64,000 nt of DNA. Source: Antechinus flavipes (Eukaryota). The translations under genes and the position numbers were made by a program. Where the stretch lies: the NCBI RefSeq assembly GCF_016432865.1, contig NC_067398.1, forward strand, positions 621,054,001 through 621,118,000, in the 5' to 3' direction. Each line of letters opens with the position of its first letter. Positions within the stretch are counted from its first letter, which is position 1. This document shows, in pieces, positions 1-12,830 of the stretch. The notes beneath the pieces are model-generated. The model saw only the letters and a list, made by a program, of their open reading frames with translations. It searched no databases and was not told the DNA's origin.

Positions 1-619
1 TGACTTTTTCTAAAGAGTTTGGCTCCTCGACTTTTGAATATTCTTTTCATGGTCCAAACTCCAAGGAAGCTAAACAGATGAGACTGTTTCTGGTCCTATA
101 GCAAAGTTGTCCTTTTCTAGAAAAAGCATAGTAATACTCTGGCCAAAGATGACAATGGAGTAGCATTTAGCATGCAATGGAGCAGCACCCAAAGGCATTA
201 AACTGAGACTTTGAGCCCAAGGCCAAGAGGAATATTTGAAGCAGTCATTCATAATCTGGCTGCAGCAGATCATATTCTCCTCACTTGGGTATTTCTCTAA
301 TTTTGACTTCTTTTTGCATTCATTCTCTCTGCTAATGCTACATGTTTTTGTGGGAAAGTGTGCCCAGCTTTAAAGGAGAAATGTTAATTTTCTGATGTTG
401 CCATTTCAGTAAATATCTTTTCTTTTTGAATTCTCTATCTGATAATTGAAAAAGTGTCTGTTGAAGGAGTTTGAATACATATAGACTACCTTGAACTTGG
501 TGCAGTTGTTCCCCTGAGAACTCTTGAAACCAGAGTTCAGAGAGATTTTCCAAAAGGACTTTAAATTTGTTTCTTTTTTTTGGTGGGAGAAGGGAGGGAA
601 ATTAAGATTATGTAAATGA

Positions 620-832
620 CCATTTGGGGTTTTCTTGGCAGAGATACTAGAGGGGTTTGCCATTTCCTTCTCCAGCTCATTTTACTGGTGAGGAAACTGA
701 GGCAAATAGAGTGAAATGACTTGCCCAGGATCACAAAACTAGTAAATGCCTGAGGCCACATTTGAACTCGTGAAGAATCTTTCTGACTCCAAATCCAGTG
801 CTCTATTTATTGTACCACTGAACTGTTCCCCA
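620..832 (-). mobile_element. MAR1 marsupial SINE
   Basis: Reverse of MAR1 body and tail: tttggggttttcttggca...ccatttccttctccagctcatttta...gaggaaactgaggca...gacttgcccaggatcac. Confidence 0.85.
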
Positions 833-974
833 CCCCCATATGAGCAAGACAGGTATGCAAAGGAATCCATTGAGAACCCAATAATCAAGAATTATTTATT
901 AAATGTCAACAATGTGCTAGACATTGTGCTCACCTTTATATTTTCTTAACTGATACACTGTTCCCTCTACTATA

Positions 975-1232
975 GTAATATCAAAATAATAATAATAATA
1001 ATAGCATTTATATGGTGCATTAAAGTGTGAAAAGTGCTTTGCATATATTGCCTCATTTAATTCTCATCACAATCCTGGAGGTAGGTGATATGATTATTCC
1101 TATTCTATAAAGGAAGTAACTAAGGCTTAGAAAAATTTAGTAGCTTGCTTAGGGTGATACAGCTAAAGTTTAAGGCAGGATTTTAACTCTGCTAAATCTA
1201 AATCCAATGCTCCAGTCACTGTGCCACCTAGA
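975..1232 (-). mobile_element. MIR SINE
   Basis: aataatagcatttatat...aagtgctttg...ctcatttaattctcatcacaatcct...actgtgccaccta matches MIR consensus antisense. Confidence 0.75.
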
Positions 1233-2369
1233 AGCCTAGATGGATTCATAAACTGTGCTTAGTTAAAAAGGCAAAGTCATCATGGCTCATAACTAACAGA
1301 CTGGTATTGTTAGAGATTGTGTTTTAGATGGGTTTTGGGTAGTGATGGTGACAATGGTGATGGTGATCTCTAGTTTCCACATATGTTTCTTTAGGAAGGC
1401 CACTTAGTAGCTATTTATTCCCATTCAAATTCAATATTCAAATGAAGTAATATTTTTTAAAAACCATGTGAGGGCACAGAGTAGGCAGTATATAAATATA
1501 TATTGATTTCTTCTGCCTTTTCCCAAGAACAAAAGCAAATGATCTGGAGAAAGAAATCATATAAGCCACATAAGCAGAAAAGGAAAAATACAATGGCCAA
1601 CTACCACATGGCTTAGTGAAAAGGCCACAGGAATGAGTTTGGATGCCAAATCTTTTCTCCTGTTCCAAAACATCTCTAGTTCCACAAAAGCTGTTGTTTT
1701 TATCTTAGAGCCCCTCATCACCATGTTATCTCTTTGCTTCCACTTTTGCTAGCATCCAGGAAATTCTGGTAAAGTCTCAAATGAATTCTCTGAGGAAAGT
1801 ATTGAAACTTTAAAACATTAAGTCACAATAAAAACGCATAACAGAAAGCAATTCTTTCTCATATTCTCAGTGAGTATAATCTTATTCCACTTTTTTTCCA
1901 AATTAATTTAAGCCTCAAAGTCCTATAAAAATTTGTGACTCATAAAAAGGGTCTCTTTCAAGCTAAAGGAGAAAGTTGAAAACTTCTGCTAAAATAATTT
2001 CTGCAGCTCTGTCAATATCACTAGTTTCTGCAGAAGCTTAGGTATCTTTTATGTAGGTGTCTCTTTTCTGTTCAGAAATTAAAAAGGCTAAAACTGCTGC
2101 TAATCTCTCTTGGACACATAGAAAGTAGCAATTGAGCTGTATCTTGAAGAAAAAGGGTGATTCTTTGAGGTAAAGATGAAAAGGAAGTGAAATCCAAGAA
2201 TGAGGGACAGTAAAGCCAAAGGCAAAGAGATGGGTGATGGATTATTGTGTAACAGAAAGAGAGAAAAATCTGATTTGGCTGGATCTTAGAATGGAAGTGG
2301 AGGGGCAAGTACTGTTCAATTGGACTAGGAAGTTGGGGGGTTTTGTCTGTGTTTTCTTTCACAATGCAA

Positions 2370-2555
2370 TTAATATTAAAAGGTATTTTGTATGATTGCA
2401 CACATATAACCTATACGAAATTGCTTACCATCTCAGGGAAGGGTAAGGGGAGAGAGAGAGAAAGAGACAATAGGGAATACATTTTTAAAATGAATGTTAA
2501 AAATTGCATTTACATGTAATTTTGAAAAATAATAAAATATTATTTAAAATTTTTT
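2370..2555 (+). mobile_element. L1 3' end fragment
   Basis: tgcacacatataacctata...ttgcttaccatctcagggaagg...ttacatgtaattttgaaaaataataaaa, marsupial L1 3' UTR-like. Confidence 0.6.
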
Positions 2556-2559
2556 AAAG

Positions 2560-3545
2560 ATCATGAATCACAGAATTTGAGAGTTAAATAAGACTTCCAA
2601 GACCATCTAGCCCAAGTTATACATGAAAAATAATTTTCACTGTAACATACCTGACAGATGGTTACTCAACCTTTGCTTGGAGATTTCTAAGGAAATCTCC
2701 ATGTCCTGGGGCAGCCCATGCCACTTATTCCACTTTTGAACAACTCTAATTGTTAGACAGTTTTTCTATTGATTAAGCCAAAATTTTCATCTCCATGATT
2801 TCCATTCATTTCTCATATAGTCTGAGTCCTAAATAAATAACAAAATCTAGTTCCTCTTCCATATGTCAATCCTGCAAATAGTTGAAGAAATCCCCCCTCC
2901 ACATTCAGGCTTCCTTTCTCTAGGCAATTCATCCCCAGTTCCTTCAACCCATTCTTGTAATAATATAAACTCAAGACCCTTTGCCATCCTGGTTGCCATC
3001 TCTGAAGATTGACCTTGTTTGTGAACTATGGTATCCAAAGCTTAAAACAGTCCTTCATATGAAGTCTGACAAGGTAGATAATAGGAAGACTCCCTATTCC
3101 TGAAAGCTGCACTCCTTTTAATACAGTCTAAGATCACATCAAACATTTTCGACTGCCACATCACACTGCTGACTTAAATGGAACTTGCAGTCCACTAAAA
3201 CCAAGATGTCTTTTCAGCACAACTTCTTTTCTACTAAGTCTCCCTCACCCCTCCACCTTATACTTGTGAAGTTTATTTTTATACTCAAGTGCAAGATTAC
3301 ATTGATCCCTTTTAAATTTTGTCTTATTTGATAAAAATCTAATCCTTTTAGTGAATCAACACTTTTTCTTTGGACCTATCATTTAAGTTATTATTAGACT
3401 CCCATTTGAAAATTTTATGAACATATCTTTTATACCTTTATTCAAGTCACTTAGAAAAATGTTGAAAAGCACAGGGTCAAGAACAGATCCATGAGGTATT
3501 CCATTGGAAACCTCCCATCACATTGACATGGAATTATTGAACCAT
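2560..3545 (-). mobile_element. L3/CR1 LINE 3' ~1 kb fragment
   Basis: Starts with reverse CR1 tail (gatcatgaatcacagaatttgagag...gaccatctag) and continues into RT-derived sequence up to the gap. Confidence 0.7.
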
Positions 3546-3785
3546 NNNNNNNNNNNNNNNNNNNNNNNNNNNNNNNNNNNNNNNNNNNNNNNNNNNNNNN
3601 NNNNNNNNNNNNNNNNNNNNNNNNNNNNNNNNNNNNNNNNNNNNNNNNNNNNNNNNNNNNNNNNNNNNNNNNNNNNNNNNNNNNNNNNNNNNNNNNNNNN
3701 NNNNNNNNNNNNNNNNNNNNNNNNNNNNNNNNNNNNNNNNNNNNNNNNNNNNNNNNNNNNNNNNNNNNNNNNNNNNNNNNNNNNN
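3546..3785. other. assembly gap (240 N)
   Basis: run of N. Confidence 1.
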
Positions 3786-5106
3786 AAGAAAGTGTTGATA
3801 ATAAACATTATGTGAATAAAGAACTTAAGGAACAGAAGACAAAGTATGTTAAAACAGAATAAAGTAAATAATTGTGTCTTAAGTCTGAGGTATGCAACCC
3901 AATTTAAAAAGAAAGAAGAGAATGAAGGAGAATTTACTAAAGACTAGTGTTTCTCTGCAAAAAAAGGTCTTCCACTTGTGAATTTGAGGAAGCAGTGTAG
4001 TATAGTAGAAGATGTAGTTTGGGCCTAGAGGACATAGATTCAATTGGATTTCTACCACTTAATATTGTTGTGGGATCTTTCTGAACTTCTGGCTAAACAG
4101 GAAAAATAAACAAAAAAGGAAAATACTGATAAATCAGTATGAGAAAAGGATAGATAATACATAGTATTTTATATGCCCATTTGGCAAATATGAATAATGT
4201 ATAAATGATTTCTGAAACTAAAATAAATTAATAGAGTTTCAAGACAACTGTAAGAACAGAAGTGAAATTCTCTGTCCTGGATGATTTAACATCCACTTGG
4301 CTGAAGAACAGGAGCTGGACCAAATCAGATCTCAGAATTCCTTCTCAATTCATTCTACATCAGCATGAAAACTTGTGTCTAAAAACCAATAAAAGATGTA
4401 AGCAAAAAGAAAGCTGAAGGGAAAAGGGGGTGGGGGAGGTGATTTAATACAATTTGAAGCTATGGGGCTAGAAGTAAGCAATTGTAGTATTGTCCCAATT
4501 GTCTAGTATTGTTCCAGTTTTGATGCTCAGCAGTTATTTAATGCAGAGAATTGAGGCTATTATCACCACTTGTCCCCATCATTTTTTAGTGAAAGAAATA
4601 ACATGCCAAACAGGAAAGAAGGCTAGGAAGAGAATTGAGAAATATCACTAATAATTGATATTAACGATGATGGTGACAATGATGATAGATGAAATGACAG
4701 TAGAAAAGAACTCATTCTTCTATGATTGCTTAATTTTGAGAAAATTGATTTAATACAATCATCAAATCCAACTTAATCAATAATTCTACCAGCATCCAAG
4801 ACCTAAAGACCTCATCATGCTATTTCATGATCCCAGATGATAGATAGAAAAACTTTAGCGTATAATGCTGACCTATGAACAGAGCATACAAGCTCACTCC
4901 ATTCCATCAATACACACACAAAACTGTGTGACTAGTTGTCATGATTGAATAAGATGAAAGATGGAGTTTTCAGAGCATACAGAGTACAGGTGAATACTTA
5001 TTAGGATGATCACTAAAGCTTAGTGGATAATAATTGTTGGACTTGGAGTTTATATTCCCAGATAATAAGTAAGCCACAAGGCTAGAGAGAAGGAAGGGTT
5101 TAATTT

Positions 5107-5299
5107 TTGACAGGGCTGGCCAAACAGAGAACCAAGGGAAAGAAAATTTCTTAGAATTTTTTTTTTCCTTTGAAGGAAAAATTCAAGCATTCTTCATTTC
5201 AAGAAGCATTTAGTTTTAGAATGTCTAACTCTTAAAAGGGATTTTTATAAACATGGATTTAAAGTTAGAAGGGACTTTAGAAGATAGTAGATTCAACCC
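5107..5299 (+). repeat. local duplication, copy 1 (donor)
   Basis: ttgacagggctggccaaaca...tcaagcattcttcatttcaagaagcattta...aatgtctaactcttaa recurs at 6180-6343. Confidence 0.85.
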
Positions 5300-6059
5300 C
5301 TTCATTTTATAGTTGAAGAAAATCAGATTGAGAATGATTAAGTGACTTCCCTAGGATCACATAGGGATGAGATAGGATTTGATTTTAAGTTAACTTTTCC
5401 TTATTTAAGATCCAGTATTCTAGCCACCATAACACCATTCCACTCTATCCCTTTAGCTCTCTAAAAGACTCACCAACATAAAGCTTTAAAGGAGTTAGGC
5501 AACGGATAGGAGATGTTTACTTACTCATCCAATGTTCTTTCTCTCTTCTCTATTCTCACTTTCTGCAATTCCAGAACTCTGTTTTGGAAGATCACAGGAC
5601 AGGAAAGTCTGATAATCTTTGAGACCCACCTCTCTATAGAATTTGGAATTCTCTTGATCTGTAAACTATCATGCTTCCCATGAGATGCAGGAGAAAGAAT
5701 TCTGAAATAAATCAAAAGCTTTGGGTTTTATCTTAGATAAGTCATCAAACATTTCAAAGTCTCATTTTCTCATTTCTAAAGTGGATAATAATACCTACAC
5801 TGCCTGCCTTGGAGAGTCATTGTAAGGGTCAAATGTGAAATAACTCTATACTCCTATAGTGCTATACAGGTGTAAGATACTGCTACTTGTCTCCTGTACT
5901 ACCTAGATAGAATGTGTTACTTAGGCCTGCCTTCCCCAAGAAGTGTCCCATCTTCTCAATGTTTTGCTCTATCCTCTCCCCAACTAAACAGAATCCAATT
6001 CTTCACTGTTCTATTCATTCAGAGTATTGTTTTCTTCTAGCTATTTTGTCAAAAAGCAA

Positions 6060-6430
6060 TCTAAAAGACAAACTGAATATTGATGAATAGAACAGGAAAA
6101 ATAACTCACAACTGAGAAAGGTAGTGAGTTTCTCATAACTGGAGGTATTCAAAATGGATCATCCAGGAATATTATATTCTTGACAGGACTGGCCAAACAA
6201 ATAACCAAGAAAAGGAATATTTATACTCAAGCATTCTTCACTTCAAGAAGCATTTAAAATGTCTAACTCTTAAGAGGAACTTTTACAATCATGGACTTAT
6301 AATTAGAATGTGTTTAAAGCTTAGAAGTAAATGGATACAACCCAATGGGTCAGGGATATTATAAAAACTCCCATACAGGCAAAAGATAGGAAAAAACAAC
6401 TCTGGGATGTGTCACAATTCCATGAATCTC
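6060..6430 (+). mobile_element. L3/CR1 3' fragment interrupted by the duplicated segment
   Basis: gtagtgagtttctcataactggaggtattcaaa matches CR1 3' consensus; resumes after 6351 (tcagggatatt). Confidence 0.55.
6180..6343 (+). repeat. local duplication, copy 2, flanked by 13 bp direct repeats
   Basis: ttgacaggactggccaaaca...tcaagcattcttcacttcaagaagcattta...aatgtctaactcttaa; flanks caggaatattata (6164-6176) and cagggatattata (6351-6363). Confidence 0.85.
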
Positions 6431-6514
6431 TAATGTGATCATTCTACAATAAGTTTTTCAAAGTTAATCTTTTCATGTAAATTTTTGACTGGAATATTTT
6501 TCCATATCCTTCTC

Positions 6515-6650
6515 CAACTTATTTTACAGATGAGGAAATAGACAAATCAGTTTAAATGGCTTGCCCAGCACCATATAGTTAAGTGTCTGAAGCTGAATTT
6601 GAACTCAGGTCCTCCTGACTCCAGACCTAGTGCTCTATAACCCCCTCGCT
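6515..6650 (-). mobile_element. core-SINE (MIR/MAR1-type) fragment
   Basis: ttttacagatgaggaaa...tttgaactcaggtcctcctgactccag...gctctat. Confidence 0.7.
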
Positions 6651-7000
6651 GGTAGTTTTCCAGTTTTAGAAAGTTCTCCTTGTAAGGAAGTTTTTCTTTG
6701 CTAGAAATCAAAATAGAGTTTTTCACAATCTCTCTCATAGCTCTCAGCTCTATTTTCCAGGGTCTGGAAAAAAAATAGAATCCCTCTTTCAAGTGACAGG
6801 CCTGTGGATGCTTGATGACAACTATCACATCCCCAGGAAGTCTTTAATTTGTCCTGCAGAATAACTCAAAGTCTTCCTTATATGCCATGAACTTGAGATC
6901 ATCCTGGTTATTCCTCTCTGGATGGTTTGCTGCTCATTATCATCTTTACTAAAATGGGCCCCAAGAAAAGTCTTTCTACTGCTCTCCAGGTCCTACTTGC
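6650..7000 (-). mobile_element. L3/CR1 fragment
   Basis: gttttagaaagttctcctt...aatagaatccctctttcaagtgacag...atcatcctggtt resembles antisense CR1 3' region. Confidence 0.5.
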
Positions 7001-8010
7001 CAAAATCACATCTCACCTCCTCTTTGAAGCCTTCAATGAGCAGAGCAACCCCAGAGATATTTCTCTTCCAGACCCCCCACAGTATTTCTGTCTGGGCCAC
7101 ACACCAAGATACTCCTACTCACTCCCCCCAGCCCCACCAAAAAAGAACTTACAACATATTTAAACCAATACCCTCAAATCCCTCATCGATAACCCAAAAT
7201 AGCTAAAGGGATTTTTCTCTAACTGCATCCACACAATCCCCCCCCCACCTCCAATACAGAGAAATACACACAAGCAAATGCTTGTGTCTAAGACAAATCA
7301 GAGGAAGGGAATTTTTCGGCAGCTTCTGAGCCAGAGAAAACAGAAAAGAATGATGTCTCACAACCTTAATTGCTGCAGTGTCTACCTCCAACTCTAATAA
7401 TATTTACATATACACTGGCAGGGCTGAGATCCTTGTGTAAAACAATTGTACCACCAAGAAAGTGTTCATTATCTTTGCAGCTACATAGAGCACTTTTGCA
7501 GTTCACTGACCCATCCTGAGCATATGTTACCTTCTGACTTCTCTATTCTGTGTGGCTCTGAAAAGAGATTTCCCAACCATGCTTCAGATTTAGATCCTTT
7601 CCAACCATCCACCCAGGCCATCTCACCATCTGCTTGCCACAGTACGTTTTCTCCACCCCAGAGTTCCACCTCAAAACAAATTTCTTCTCCCTAGTTATCA
7701 CTCACATAAATGTGTTATCTGCCCCTATTAGAACAGAAGTTCCTTTGGAGCAGGGAATGTCTTTTAAAAAAATTGTACCTAACACATAGTAAGTACTTGA
7801 TAATTTTTCATTATTCATTCATTCATTTATTCCCCCATAAGATAAATCCCCAATCCATTTCAAGTCCTCATCCTTTCTCAACTATAACATTGCAATAGCC
7901 TCTTAATTTATTATCCCTATATTCAGCTCTTTTACTCTATATCTTTTATATAAACTCCAAAATAAACTTTCTAAGACATAAGAGTAGCCTCTTTTGGTGT
8001 AGAAATCTCT

Positions 8011-8250
8011 ATTGTTGTTGAGTCATTTTTCAATCACATCTGACTCCATTTGGGGTTTTCTTGGCAAAACAGTGGTTTGCCAAATTTTCTTCAGCTCATT
8101 TTTACAGATAAGGATTCTGAGGAAAGCAGGGTTAAGTGACTTGTATGGCTCACATAGCTAGTCAGTTTCTCAGACCATTTTTGAATTCCGGAAAATAAGT
8201 TTTCCTGACACCAGGCCCTGTGCTCTGTCCATTGTACCACTTAACTGTCT
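8011..8250 (-). mobile_element. MAR1 SINE
   Basis: gttgttgagtcatttt...ccatttggggttttcttggcaaa...gggttaagtgacttg. Confidence 0.85.
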
Positions 8251-8489
8251 TAACAAATAGACCAGAATGGGAACCAGAAGACTACTCCTCTGCATTTAAT
8301 TACTTGGGTGGCCTTAGGTTCATTGGTCATTGCCTCTTTCTGAAATCCAATCGCTTTTTTAAAATTAGAAAGTTCAATAACCTGATTCTTAAGATCAACT
8401 CAAGCATATTCATCTCAAGCATTTTGGATAAAAGTGTATAGATTTGGGGTAATCAGGAAGAAATGAGCTGAAATACAACCTCAGACACA

Positions 8490-8640
8490 CTGACTTTGAA
8501 AAACCAGGCAGGTCATTAAAATCTCTGTTTTCACATCTGTGAAATGGGTATACTAACAGCACCTACCTCACAAAGTTTTTGTGAGGATCAAATAAGATAG
8601 TATATGTAAGGCACTTTGCAAATTTAGCTATTATTTTATT
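8490..8640 (+). mobile_element. MIR SINE 3' part
   Basis: catctgtgaaatggg...cacctacctcacaaagtttttgtgaggatcaaataagata...gcactttgcaaa. Confidence 0.75.
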
Positions 8641-9521
8641 ATTTATTATATTATAATTTTATTATAATGATTACTATTAATGTGATATTGTGATCTTTAT
8701 TTTATTATATTATTATTTAGCTAGTATTATTATATGTAAGTGATGATGATGATGATGATGACTCCATAAATCCAATAGATGAATTACCTCTCCCAGGTTA
8801 TTCATTTCATACCACTGCTGATTTCTAAGGCTGCTGTCAGCTTCCCACCACAATGAGATTTCTGAATGGCCCCACAAGAAAAACACATAGTCTTAGAAGT
8901 CAAGGTCAAAGCAATCTGTTCCAGATTTCCTCAACCTCACACAGCGTGTTAGCAATAGCAATGGGATAAGAACAGAGACAAGAAAAAGAAGTCTAGAAAT
9001 AGAAACTAAAAGGAGTTCCTAGATTCCTAAATTACTACATCATCCTCTGTAATTCTTGACATGAATTGTCATTGAATTTCAACTAAAGACTGCTTTGTCT
9101 TACATGGACTTGGGTCTGCAGGGAATGTAGGATAAGTGCCAGAGAACCCTGAGCTTGGGGTACCAAGCAGCTGATTCATCCAATGTTCCACACCACATCC
9201 CAAAGAGTTGCCAACTACCGCCTGTGAGTCTCCAGCATGTGCCAGTTACCAAGAGAAAACTTGCAAATTCCAATTGACTTTTTCTTAGTCACATGGATTC
9301 TTGAAGGAAATGTAGAAACATATCCCTTGGCTAGTTTTAGAGATTCTGAATCTCTCTAAGAGAAAGATGCCCTCCTGAATATTGACTTTCTTTAGTTCTA
9401 AGACAAAAAACATGACCTTTGAACATCCTAGTTGCTTTATTATTTGAACATCCATTAACTATTAGTAAATTTTTAGACATACTGATAACTTGTAGGAGGA
9501 AATCCCTATCAATAATCCCAA

Positions 9522-9720
9522 GCACACACACACACATATATACACATATATACTCTCTCTGTCTCTTGGCCTCTCTGAATCTGTCTTTTTCTCATTCTCT
9601 GTCTCTTTGTCTCTCTGTCTCTATCTCTTTCTGTTTTTTCTCTCTTTCTTCTCTTTTTATTTCTCTGTTCCTTGGTATATCTGTGTGGAGTGTATGTATC
9701 TTTCTCTGGCTCTCTCCAAT
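9522..9720. repeat. (CA)n followed by degenerate (TC)n microsatellite
   Basis: cacacacacacacatatatacacat...ctctctctgtctct... Confidence 0.85.
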
Positions 9721-9763
9721 CTGAGTGGTGGGTTCATCTGTAAGTGTCTTTTAAAAAAAATTA

Positions 9764-10232
9764 NNNNNNNNNNNNNNNNNNNNNNNNNNNNNNNNNNNNN
9801 NNNNNNNNNNNNNNNNNNNNNNNNNNNNNNNNNNNNNNNNNNNNNNNNNNNNNNNNNNNNNNNNNNNNNNNNNNNNNNNNNNNNNNNNNNNNNNNNNNNN
9901 NNNNNNNNNNNNNNNNNNNNNNNNNNNNNNNNNNNNNNNNNNNNNNNNNNNNNNNNNNNNNNNNNNNNNNNNNNNNNNNNNNNNNNNNNNNNNNNNNNNN
10001 NNNNNNNNNNNNNNNNNNNNNNNNNNNNNNNNNNNNNNNNNNNNNNNNNNNNNNNNNNNNNNNNNNNNNNNNNNNNNNNNNNNNNNNNNNNNNNNNNNNN
10101 NNNNNNNNNNNNNNNNNNNNNNNNNNNNNNNNNNNNNNNNNNNNNNNNNNNNNNNNNNNNNNNNNNNNNNNNNNNNNNNNNNNNNNNNNNNNNNNNNNNN
10201 NNNNNNNNNNNNNNNNNNNNNNNNNNNNNNNN
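9764..10232. other. assembly gap (469 N)
   Basis: run of N. Confidence 1.
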
Positions 10233-10534
10233 ACTCACCCAACATCACACAGGTAGGAGAAGTGGCAGAGTCACAATTAGAACACAGGTCTCCTAACCAC
10301 CAGTCCATTCTTCCTTGACTTCATACTGTTTCAGCTTTGCAGGTGGTTACCTAAGTTTTGGAAGGCCATGGCCTTGGATTTTTATTCCAAATCAATTTTA
10401 GTATTTGCAGATATCAAGCCTTTTTATAAGATGCAGCAACTTCTAGATGACTGGGAGAACTGGACTTGATTTCATAGAGATTTAACAGGACAAAACACCA
10501 TGGTCCTTTATTAAGTTACTATCAGCAAAGCAGA

Positions 10535-10730
10535 GTAAGGTACTAGAGAGAGTGCTGGAATCAGGAAACTTGGGTTTGAATCTTGTTTCTAGAACTTTGT
10601 TAATTGTGTGACCTTAAGTAAGCTTGAACTTCAGTTTCCACATCTACAAAATAGGAAAAATATTACCTTTCCTCTCTATCTTGCTACTTGATGAAGTGCT
10701 TCATGAACCACAAAATGCTATTATATAAAG
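10535..10730 (+). mobile_element. MIR SINE
   Basis: gagtgctggaatcaggaaacttgggtttgaatc...tgtgtgacctt...cagtttccacatctacaaaatagg. Confidence 0.7.
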
Positions 10731-11984
10731 ATATTACCTTTGCCCACTTACAATTAGAGTCAGCTATAATAAGGTCTTATTTAAGAATTGTTAACATATA
10801 TAATTTAAATTAACTGATTCATTTAAATTCATCATTAGTGTTGTCCCATACATCTAATTCTGTCTATATTGGAAATTCTTCATGTGGGAACTCCCTTTGC
10901 GCATACAGATCAGCAGCTCCTCTGTAATTTAAAGTCTTAGAAATGGGCCCATCTCCACGAGAGGCTATTTTCAGTCAGCCAGAATGTCTCAGAGGACTCT
11001 GCTCGTTAGGATGCTACATAGACTCTGTAACATATGCATATAGATTATCCTTTTAAAAAGGATGATTTATTGATATGGGGCAAGTAATACCTCTTCTATG
11101 TTTATGTTTCTAGGAACCCACAAAGAACTTGTCTTGCAATGATCAGGGAGAGGTTTTGCAAGGCTTTCCTCCTACCTTGAGAGCAATAGCAAGCACTGAG
11201 AGGTGGCTTGGAGTGGGCTGATCCAAGTCCAAGGTACCTGTTAGACTTGTCTCCTTTCTTGGACATCATTAGAACAATCCTACCCAGACTTTGTCCAAAG
11301 GATTCTGGGCTCCCAGGTTCCAAAGAGACTTAGAACTGCAAGGTTCTTTGCCATGGATAAACTCAAGTCATTTAATAGCTCCTCAAAATGTCTCTGGAAG
11401 CAAAAAGAGATTCTCCAGAAGGCTGCTATGGAGTCCAGCCTTGCCTTTCATTGGCCCCCACACTCATACTACCAGGGGTGGACTGAAAGCTGGGCTAAGC
11501 TAACCCATCTTCTCCCAGGTGAGCAATAACTCTAGTAAGGGGCGTGTCAGAAATGTCCTGACAGGAAAATCTGGACTTCTTCCAAAAGAGCCTTTTATTC
11601 CCCCCTCCCCTTCTCTCTCTCTGTTCCTCATAAAGGCAAGGTTGGAGGTACACCGATTTAGTCACACAGTATAAACAGTTTTGACTTGTCAGCACTAAAC
11701 ACTGTTCCATATATTTTTTCCTTCAATGACTGACTATAAACCTTAGGTTTCAACATAACTTTTTGAAACTTTCCCCCTGTGATAAGGCATAGACTATGTT
11801 AGTATCGATATCAGTCATGAAATATAACTGCTAATAAAGGCTATGTGACCTTGGGCAAGTAATTTAACCCCTTAATGCCCTTAGGCAGAAATCTGACATT
11901 TACATTAGCAGAAGAAGGGGTTTGTTTGTTTTTTTTTCACTTGTAAAAGGATGAAATCATAAGGTGAAGAGGGAAAAAAGGAAG

Positions 11985-12083
11985 AAGGGAAGAGAAGAGA
12001 AGGGAAGGGAAGAGAAGAGAAGAGAAGAGAAGAGAAGAGAAGAGAAGAGAAGAGAAGAGAAGAGAAGAGAAGAGAGAAGGAAG
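11985..12083. repeat. (GAAGA)n pentanucleotide microsatellite running into a gap
   Basis: agaagagaagagaagagaag... tandem array. Confidence 0.95.
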
Positions 12084-12482
12084 NNNNNNNNNNNNNNNNN
12101 NNNNNNNNNNNNNNNNNNNNNNNNNNNNNNNNNNNNNNNNNNNNNNNNNNNNNNNNNNNNNNNNNNNNNNNNNNNNNNNNNNNNNNNNNNNNNNNNNNNN
12201 NNNNNNNNNNNNNNNNNNNNNNNNNNNNNNNNNNNNNNNNNNNNNNNNNNNNNNNNNNNNNNNNNNNNNNNNNNNNNNNNNNNNNNNNNNNNNNNNNNNN
12301 NNNNNNNNNNNNNNNNNNNNNNNNNNNNNNNNNNNNNNNNNNNNNNNNNNNNNNNNNNNNNNNNNNNNNNNNNNNNNNNNNNNNNNNNNNNNNNNNNNNN
12401 NNNNNNNNNNNNNNNNNNNNNNNNNNNNNNNNNNNNNNNNNNNNNNNNNNNNNNNNNNNNNNNNNNNNNNNNNNNNNNNNNN
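12084..12482. other. assembly gap (399 N)
   Basis: run of N. Confidence 1.
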
Positions 12483-12609
12483 GAGAGGGAGGGGATGGAG
12501 GGAAAGAAAAAAGAAAAGTAGAAAAGGATAATATAGATAACGCCTAGTAGAAAGAATATTAAATTTTAAAGTCAGGAAAACTCGGTTCACTTTCTGTCTC
12601 TAACTCTTA

Positions 12610-12830
12610 ATGGTAATAATAATGGCTAGGATTTTATAGTACTTGCTATGTAGCAGGCACTATAATAAATGCTTTATAAATAACATCTCATTTGATCCTT
12701 ATAACAACTCTAGGAGAGAGATACTTTTATTTTTATCTTCATTTATAGTCATGGAAACTGAAGTAAATAAATGTTAAGTGACTTGCCCAAGGTCACACAG
12801 CTAGTCATAGATCTGGGCTGGTTTTTACTT
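12610..12830 (-). mobile_element. MIR SINE
   Basis: aataataatggctagg...atctcatttgatcctt...gttaagtgacttgcccaaggtcacacagctag. Confidence 0.75.

Noticed and set aside
8900-8908. TCAAGGTCA nuclear-receptor (ERR/NR5A) site
   Set aside because: A single 9-mer has a fair chance of occurring randomly in 64 kb; no supporting evidence
11964-12083. KREEKRREEK charged repeat peptide
   Set aside because: Translation of a (GAAGA)n microsatellite
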